From contig OX597827.1 in NCBI GenBank assembly GCA_951406725.2, positions 47,988,001-48,052,000 on the forward strand: 64,000 nucleotides of DNA, given 5' to 3'. Numbering within the stretch: the first letter of the stretch is position 1; each line of letters begins with the position of its first letter. The translations under genes and the position numbers were made by a program. Below are positions 56,381 to 64,000 of the stretch, piece by piece. Source of the stretch: Octopus vulgaris (lineage: Eukaryota). The notes beneath the pieces are model-generated. The model had not been told where the DNA came from, did not search any database, and saw nothing but the letters and a program-made list of their open reading frames with translations.

Positions 56381-57691
56381 AATCAGAGAATATAATGAAG
56401 TGGCAATGTAAGAAACTTTTTGAGTTCTAAATTGCTGATTATAGGTGACATTCACAAACTATAATGAGGTGACACGCTGACAAGCATTAAACAGATTTAA
56501 ATGATTCATTACATTTGTGAATGACAGGGCAGAGAAGCTTAGCTCTGTAGCCAGGATGAAATATCTCCGTGATAGTAGTTACAAATAATAATCTTATGAG
56601 ACTTATGACTCACTGACTATATTTTAAATTTATTGATTACACAAGAAAATCACTGAATACGGCATGGCAAGATTCGTTCTTTCGTTAGACTTCTTCAAAC
56701 GACTTGTTACATATAGAAATACGAAATCAATAAACTAGTTGTATTTAATCTTCATTAGGTAATGCTGACTTGTGCGTAATGAAACGAAATATAGTTTGAA
56801 GAGAAATGAACTTGCATTGTAAATGTACTTTACCCCCAGTGTACAAGCAATCTACCTGATAAAGATATTTTACGAAAGTAACTGCATAGATAAAACGATT
56901 GGATAGTTTGGCTAAGTTAATAGTGTTCTGCAAGCTGATATATATCATGAGGGAAATTACAACTACGTGAGTTTCATATAACAAGGAACGACAAAATCAT
57001 TTTATTGAACGCATATCTGGAACACCCTCCATTAATATCAAGTAGGTATTCACGAGATGTTACAACGAATTCAATAATTCTCGATTAAAGATCTAGTGCT
57101 TCTCAAGATAATTAAATTCAACAACGAATAAACAGGGAAGGCAAATTTATAAGCAGAGTATATTTGTGCTAAGCTGGAATAATCTTCACAGAAAGAATAA
57201 TCTACTGGCGCAATAAGTACGTAATTCAATCAAAGTTCCCGTTTGTTTTATCAAGATCTACATTTGGATGGGAAATGTTAGCTAATAACAAGTAATACTA
57301 ATACAGCCACGCATACACACGCAAGCAAGCGTCATGTACGAAGAAGCACAATGTCTCAGAGAAAATTCTATATAGTTTTAGTCACTTAGCCAATTATATA
57401 CATAGCGATACTCAGACACAATCAATAGCACTTATATTAGTGTGTGTCGAGATGCATTTGACATTGTATTCAGTTATGTCGATCTGAAAATATGAACACA
57501 TATTGAAATAGGAAAATATCTCTTGGAGATGACACACTGGTCGATCTGTATTTCACTCTCACCCTCTCTCCCACATTCTATCTTTTTCTCTTTTTCGTTT
57601 CTTCCTTTGCACAAACACCCACAAACTCGCAAAAGCACATACAAACACACAAAAACACATACACACATATGTATAACTACATATATATATA

Positions 57692-58098
57692 CTCTTCACT
57701 TGTTTCAGTTATTTGACTGCGGCCATGCTGGAGCACTGCCTTTAATCGAGCAACTCGACCCCGGCACTTATTTTTTTATTTGTAAGCCCAGTACTTATTC
57801 TATCGGTCTCTTTTGCCGAACCGCTAAGTAACGGGGACAAAAACACACCAGCATCAGTTGTCAAGCAATGCTAGGGGGAGAAACACAGACACACAAACAC
57901 ACACATGCATATATATATATATATACATATATACGACGGGCTTCTTTTCAGTTTCTGTCTACCAAATCCACTCACAAGGCTTTGGTTGGCCCGAGGCTAT
58001 AGTAGAAGATACTTGCCCAAGGTGCCACGCAGTGGGACTGAACCCAGAACCATGTGGTTGGTAAACAAGCTACTTACCACACAGCCACTCCTGCACCT
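57692..58098 (-). mobile_element. Composite A+B SINE (duplicated at 59694-60102)
   Basis: Reverse complement of 11921-12321. Confidence 0.85.
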
Positions 58099-58100
58099 AC

Positions 58101-58139
<39 letters not shown>

Positions 58140-58219
58140 GACAGACAAGTATATACATATTCAATTTACATATATATTATCTGCATTATACACACACAAA
58201 TATGTGTATGTATGCATGC

Positions 58220-58253
<34 letters not shown>

Positions 58254-58686
58254 GTATATTTTTGTGTCAGTCTACCTATCAATTAGCCTGTCCGTCAGTC
58301 AATTCTCCCAGTATGCATATATATATATCAATACAAATGCACGCACAAAGATACATACACGCGCGCACAAACACAGACTCACTGGCACACAAACACACAC
58401 ACATGTCTTAGTATACAAACTAAAGAAGTAGTACTCAATATGTGGTTCGATTTGCATGTATTTAATAGTACTTTGGTTCACCTTCGCCACATACATATTT
58501 GCAAACATACATGCAAACAAAAATACTCCATTTTTGATGTTGAAATTCCGATGAAGGAGCCATGAATCTGAGTTAAAAACCGACATTTTCACTATTAGCA
58601 AGAAATATTAAAGTATAACTGAACAATGACATATATACATGCATAATTACATACATACATACATATCTACATACACATATACATAT

Positions 58687-58733
<47 letters not shown>

Positions 58734-58862
58734 ATCCAAACATGTAAGCACAAAGGGAAATCATAACAACGCGAGGACGTGGAACAAGTATAGTATTATT
58801 GGACGCTCAGGAAAGGAAGGGAAGATGAAGGAAAAAAAATCGCCAACGGTACACACGCAGTT

Positions 58863-58894
<32 letters not shown>

Positions 58895-59139
58895 GCATAT
58901 ATATACGTACGTACGTACGTACATACACACAAACACATAGGAGTTAGGTAAAGGCATTAGCTAACAATTGTTTCTGCTATAAGATGTTGCATGAGGTAGC
59001 AGAGGTCGGAGTTCTGGCGTCGCATTGTGAACGCAGCTGCAACGTAATGATAGCGGATACGTAAAAACCTAATAAACAATGTCTCATAAATAATTGCATT
59101 CGGTATCATTACATGCACTATAGCATGCACTGTAGATTC

Positions 59140-59296
59140 AGAAGTGGCTGTGTGGTAAGCTGTCTTGCTTAGCAATCACATGCTTCCGGGTTCCGTCCCA
59201 CTGCGTGTCACCTTAAGCAAGTGTATTCCACTAAATCTTCGGGACGACCAAAGCCTTGTGAGTGGATTTGTAGACGATGACTTCAAGAAGCCTGTC

Positions 59297-59297
<1 letters not shown>
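59140..59297 (+). mobile_element. Family A SINE head (duplicated at 61120-61277)
   Basis: gtggctgtgtggtaag...ccgggttccgtccc...gtggatttgtagacg. Confidence 0.8.
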
Positions 59298-59340
<43 letters not shown>

Positions 59341-60104
59341 TAGCATTAAAGACCCGTCGTTGCCGGGTCATAGTGCTAGTGCATGTATATATGTGTATAT
59401 ATATGTGTACATATTACATGTACATCTATATATATACATCTACACATAAAATACAAAATACAAAGTTTTATCTTGATATCGTTAGTGATAACAATACTCA
59501 AAATATATAACAGACTGGAATTGTTAGCCCGTCTCTTGTAATTTCGATCAATTGTATCTTGTCCTCCCTCTTGTATAGAAGTGTGGTACCATCCGACGGC
59601 TGCAGCGAAATTCATATTTGGACACACAGCGAAATTCATTTTTGGACACACAAAAACACATACACACATATGTATAACTACATATATATATATACTCTTC
59701 ACTTGTTTCAGTTATTTGACTGCGGCCATGCTGGAGCACTGCCTTTAATCGAGCAACTCGACCCCGGCACTTATTTGTTTATTTGTAAGCCCAGTACTTA
59801 TTCTATCGGTCTCTTTTGCCGAACCGCTAAGTAACGGGGACAAAAACACACCAGCATCAGTTGTCAAGCAATGCTAGGGGGACAAACACAGACACACAAA
59901 CACACACATGCATATATATATATATATATACATATATACGACGGGCTTCTTTTCAGTTTCTGTCTACCAAATCCACTCACAAGGCTTTGGTTGGCCCGAG
60001 GCTATAGTAGAAGACACTTGCCCAAGGTGCCACGCAGTGGGACTGAACCCAAACCATGTGGTTGGTAAACAAGCTACTTACCACACAGCCACTCCTGCAC
60101 CTAC

Positions 60105-60143
<39 letters not shown>

Positions 60144-60221
60144 CAGACAAGTATATACATATTCAATTTACATATATATTATCTGCATTATACACACACA
60201 AATATGTGTATGTATGCATGC

Positions 60222-60257
<36 letters not shown>

Positions 60258-60842
60258 GTATATTTTTGTGTCAGTCTACCTATCAATTAGCCTGTCCGTC
60301 AGTCAATTCTCCCAGTATGCATATATATATATCAACACAAATGCACGCACAAAGATACATACACGCGCGCACAAACACAGACTCACTGGCACACAAACAC
60401 ACACACATGTCTTAGTATACAAACTAAAGAAGTAGTACTCAATATGTGGTTCGATTTGCATGTATTTAATAGTACTTTGGTTCACCTTCGCCACATACAT
60501 ATTTGCAAACATACATGCAAACAAAAATACTCCATTTTTGATGTTGAAATTCCGATGAAGGAGCTATGAATCTGAGTTAAAAACCGACATTTTCACTATT
60601 AGCAAGAAATATTAAAGTATAACTGAACAATGACATATATACATGCATAATTACATACATACATACATATCTACATACACATATACATATATATATATAT
60701 ATATATATAGTTAATCCAAACATGTAAGCACAAAGAGAAATCATAACAACGCGAGGACGTGGAACAAGTATAGTATTATTGGACGCTCAGGAAAGGAAGG
60801 GAAGATGAAGGAAAAAAAATCGCCAACGGTACACACGCAGTT

Positions 60843-60874
<32 letters not shown>

Positions 60875-61297
60875 GCATATATATACGTACGTACGTACGT
60901 ACATACACACAAACACATAGGAGTTAGGTAAAGGCATTAGCTAACAATTGTTTCTGCTATAAGATGTTGCATGAGGTAGCAGAGGTCGGAGTTCTGGCGT
61001 CGCATTGTGAACGCAGCTGCAACGTAATGATAGCGGATACGTAAAAACCTAATAAACAATGTCTCATAAATAATTGCATTCGGTATCATTACATGCACTA
61101 TAGCATGCACTGTAGATTCAGAAGTGGCTGTGTGGTAAGCTGTCTTGCTTAGCAATCACATGCTTCCGGGTTCCGTCCCACTGCGTGTCACCTTAAGCAA
61201 GTGTATTCCACTAAATCTTCGGGACGACCAAAGCCTTGTGAGTGGATTTGTAGACGATGACTTCAAGAAGCCTGTCGTATATATATATATATATATA

Positions 61298-62580
61298 CTA
61301 GCATTAAAGACCCGTCGTTGCCGGGTCATAGTGCTAGTGCATGTATATATGTGTATATATATGTGTACATATTACATGTACATCTATATATATACATCTA
61401 CACATAAAATACAAAATACAAAGTTTTATCTTGATATCGTTAGTGATAACAATACTCAAAATATATAACAGACTGGAATTGTTAGCCCGTCTCTTGTAAT
61501 TTCGATCAATTGTATCTTGTCCTCCCTCTTGTATAGAAGTGTGGTACCATCCGACGGCTGCAGCGAAATTCATTTTTGGACTTTCTTCTATCGAAGACAT
61601 TTTAACAAAAATACTTCTGTGTAAACGGTGAAAATATTGCCAATTTCCCAAAACAGGGACATAATTCAATTTCTAAACAATAACCAAAGCTCCTTCTCCC
61701 AAAGTGGGAGGGTAACAGTTTACAATTATTTAACAAATGCAACACACAACGCTTCCCTTACGAGGAACCAACAAACGTGATAACAATAGTTAAACAGAAA
61801 TAATAATAACAACAAACCTTACGATAAACCAAAAAGCAGTACTCTGTTGAAGCTATAGGCCTTTATGGATCAGAAATAAACTAACAGCGGTACTCAGTAG
61901 AATGCTTAATGCTAGCTAATTAGCAAATAATCTAATGTAAAAGCAGTGCACACCTCCATCTGGACTATTCCATTTCTACACTTAAATTTTATTTTTTATT
62001 TATTCCCATTCATGTGAAACCACTGATTCAAGTTCAAGTCATTGATGCAATTTTATACCAATTGCTATATTTTTACTTTTGTTATGTTACGATAATATTA
62101 TACTTTAGTTTGATTTTAATTATTACTTACTACATATAATTCAATTGTTATTATTATTTTTATTATTAAAGTGAAAGTATCTGACATAAAATAGAGAAAT
62201 GTTTTTGTTTCACTTTTAACACGTAATACTGAAATAGTGGAGAAGATATGATAATGCTATGGGCTTGCTCTAGGCAAGAAGTTGAACATTTTGCTTGCCC
62301 ATGAAACTACATGGACCCTAAGTAAGGCATGTGTAAAGTTTGAATGAAATTGGTTGTGTAGTTCTCAAGTTTTAGGGAATCGTAGTGGAGAAGATATGAT
62401 ATTGCTGTGGAATCGCCCTAGGCAAAAAGTTAAAATTTTTTTGCCGATGACACTCCCCGGACCCTAAGTAAGGCATGTGTAAAATTTGAATGAAATGGGT
62501 TGTGTAGTTCTCAAATTTTGGGGAAACACACAGACAGACAGACAGACACACACACATTCTCAGTTTTATATATATAAAGA
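61298..62580 (-). mobile_element. Non-autonomous Helitron (~1.28 kb)
   Basis: Minus strand begins A|TCTTTATATATATAAAA and ends with the hairpin acccggcaacgacgggt + 8 nt + CTAG|T; no TSD. Internal ~145-bp tandem repeat at 62233-62522. The 3' end is also duplicated at 59340-59646. Confidence 0.82.
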
Positions 62581-62583
62581 TAT

Positions 62584-62915
62584 GAAGGTGCATGGCTCAG
62601 TGATTAGAGCGTCTAGCTTACGATCGTGAGGTTGTGAGCTCGAATCTCGGACCGGGCTGCGTGTTGTGTTCTTGAGCAAGACACTTTATTTCACTTTGCT
62701 CCAGTTCACTCCGCTGTAGAAATGAGTTGCGACGTCGCAGTTGCCAAATTGTATCGGCCTTTGCCCTTCCCTTGGATAATACTGGTGGCGTGGAGAGGGG
62801 AGACCGGTATGCATGGCGACTGCTGGTCTTCCATAAACAACCTTGCTCGGACTTGTGCCTGGGAGGGTAACTTTCTAGGTGCAATCCCATGGTCTGTGTC
62901 GTGACCGAAGGGGCT
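62584..62915 (+). mobile_element. tRNA-derived SINE (family C)
   Basis: TGGCTCAGTGATTAGAGC A box, GAGCTCGAATCTC B box; matches 10856-11183. Confidence 0.85.
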
Positions 62916-63291
62916 CTCAGATATATAATTTAATAAACTCCACAACGTAAGCGAACAAAACAAGTTGTCATACCTCTTATATGTATGTAATATAATTTTT
63001 CTGAATCTTCAGAGTTTTTCTACATGCCAGACCACTGGTTTTAGATTGATATTAATCAAATTACGTTATGGCGTTTGCTAAATTTTCTTGAGAACATTCC
63101 TTTCTTAGTGATAAGATATATATATATATAGGGAGAATTCACAAAAAAACAAAAGACAAAGACAGGTAGTGTAGAAAACAAACAGATGTATTAATATAAC
63201 GCATATATATACCAGATCGCCATGTTGATTCGTTAGCTACTGCACGCATTTTTTTTCTCTCCTTCTTTCTGTGTTTTTCTCTCTCTGTGTA

Positions 63292-63329
63292 TCTTTCTGT
63301 TGAAGAGCGTAGGCTCGAAACGTTAAAGA
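63292..63329 (+). ncRNA. Minimal hammerhead-like motif in a short PLE pseudo-LTR-like fragment (63210-63428)
   Basis: TCTTT-CTGTTGA-a-GAGC-gtag-GCTC-GAAA-CG-TT-AAAGA; stems intact, core A6 replaced by U. Confidence 0.6.
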
Positions 63330-63459
63330 CTTGTTTTATTTATATTTCCTGAGCGCCATACTAATACAATTGTTCGTTTGTTTTCCACCTGCCTTCGTCT
63401 TTTGTTTATTTTCATAAAGCTTCCCGTTATATATATATATATACATATATATGTGTGTT

Positions 63460-63656
63460 TCTGTGTCTGTGTTTGGCCCCCACCATCACTTTGTACATAT
63501 GTTGGTGTGTTTACGTCCTCGTAACTTAGCGGTTCGGTAAAAGGGTTCGTTAATATAAGTACTAAGCTTCCAAAAATAAGTCCTGGCGTCGGTTTGTTCG
63601 ACTAAATGCGGTGCTCCAGCATGGCCGCTGTCAAATGACGGAAACAAATAAAAGAA
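63460..63656 (+). mobile_element. Family B module
   Basis: ggtgtgtttacgtcctcgtaacttagcggttcgg...gcggtgctccagcatggccgc. Confidence 0.75.
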
Positions 63657-64000
63657 TATATATATAAGTGTATATACATATATGTCTGTGTGTGTGATAG
63701 AGGAAAAACAGAGTAAAGACGTAGAGATTTAGAAACACACGCCATAAAATTTGTTTGTTCTTTACTTTCATATGTTCACAAAATTAGCGTGCTCAATAAA
63801 GTCTGACGCTAGAAATATGTAGAGTCTGCGAACGTGTAATTTAGATATACAAAACATCTACCCAGACATAAACTCGTTAACATAATCAGAAAACGTTTCT
63901 GTTTGTAAACATGAGAAGAAACTTTTACGAGATAATCAGAAACACTTACAGCGACGTTTTACACGAAAATAAAACAGAGACAATACAGAGAAGGAAATCA

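Larger units (their letters stand above)
57645..61580. repeat. Near-identical tandem duplication, units ~57645-59646 and ~59647-61580
   Basis: Same order of SINEs and unique sequence; identical 72-aa spurious ORFs at 58957 and 60937. Differences are mainly microsatellite length plus a few SNPs. Confidence 0.93.

Noticed and set aside
62233-62522. Repeat-spacer-like arrangement (CRISPR-like)
   Set aside because: Just two ~145-bp tandem units inside a Helitron; eukaryotic context and no cas genes.
62584-62660. tRNA-like sequences (also 11110-11183, 11921-11990)
   Set aside because: SINE heads continuing into SINE bodies; no proper acceptor stem.

Overview
AT-rich, microsatellite-saturated animal DNA with no recognisable host exon. 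The SINE families and (TA)n/(TTA)n density look like Octopus or another coleoid cephalopod; this is inferred from repeat content only. Essentially all interpretable sequence is mobile DNA: a near full-length R4/Dong-type RLE LINE with one in-frame stop plus three decayed relatives, a Neptune-type Penelope-like element (RT + GIY-YIG) with a 766-bp inverted pseudo-LTR, a dead mariner and a mariner deletion derivative, non-autonomous Helitrons, many tRNA-derived SINEs, a (TAA)n-targeted 550-bp non-coding element and a ~2-kb tandem duplication. The most notable signal is a set of hand-folded type I hammerhead ribozymes (HHR). Two different non-coding tandem units (399 nt at 21848-22420 and 492 nt at 29683-31054) look like retrozymes inserted in (TA)n. 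The 399-nt insertion starts exactly at its own predicted self-cleavage site, and the 492-nt one copies the inverted-plus-tandem architecture of the neighbouring Penelope-like element, which carries its own minimal HHR. All RNA folds and alignments were done by eye; SINE and remnant boundaries are approximate.
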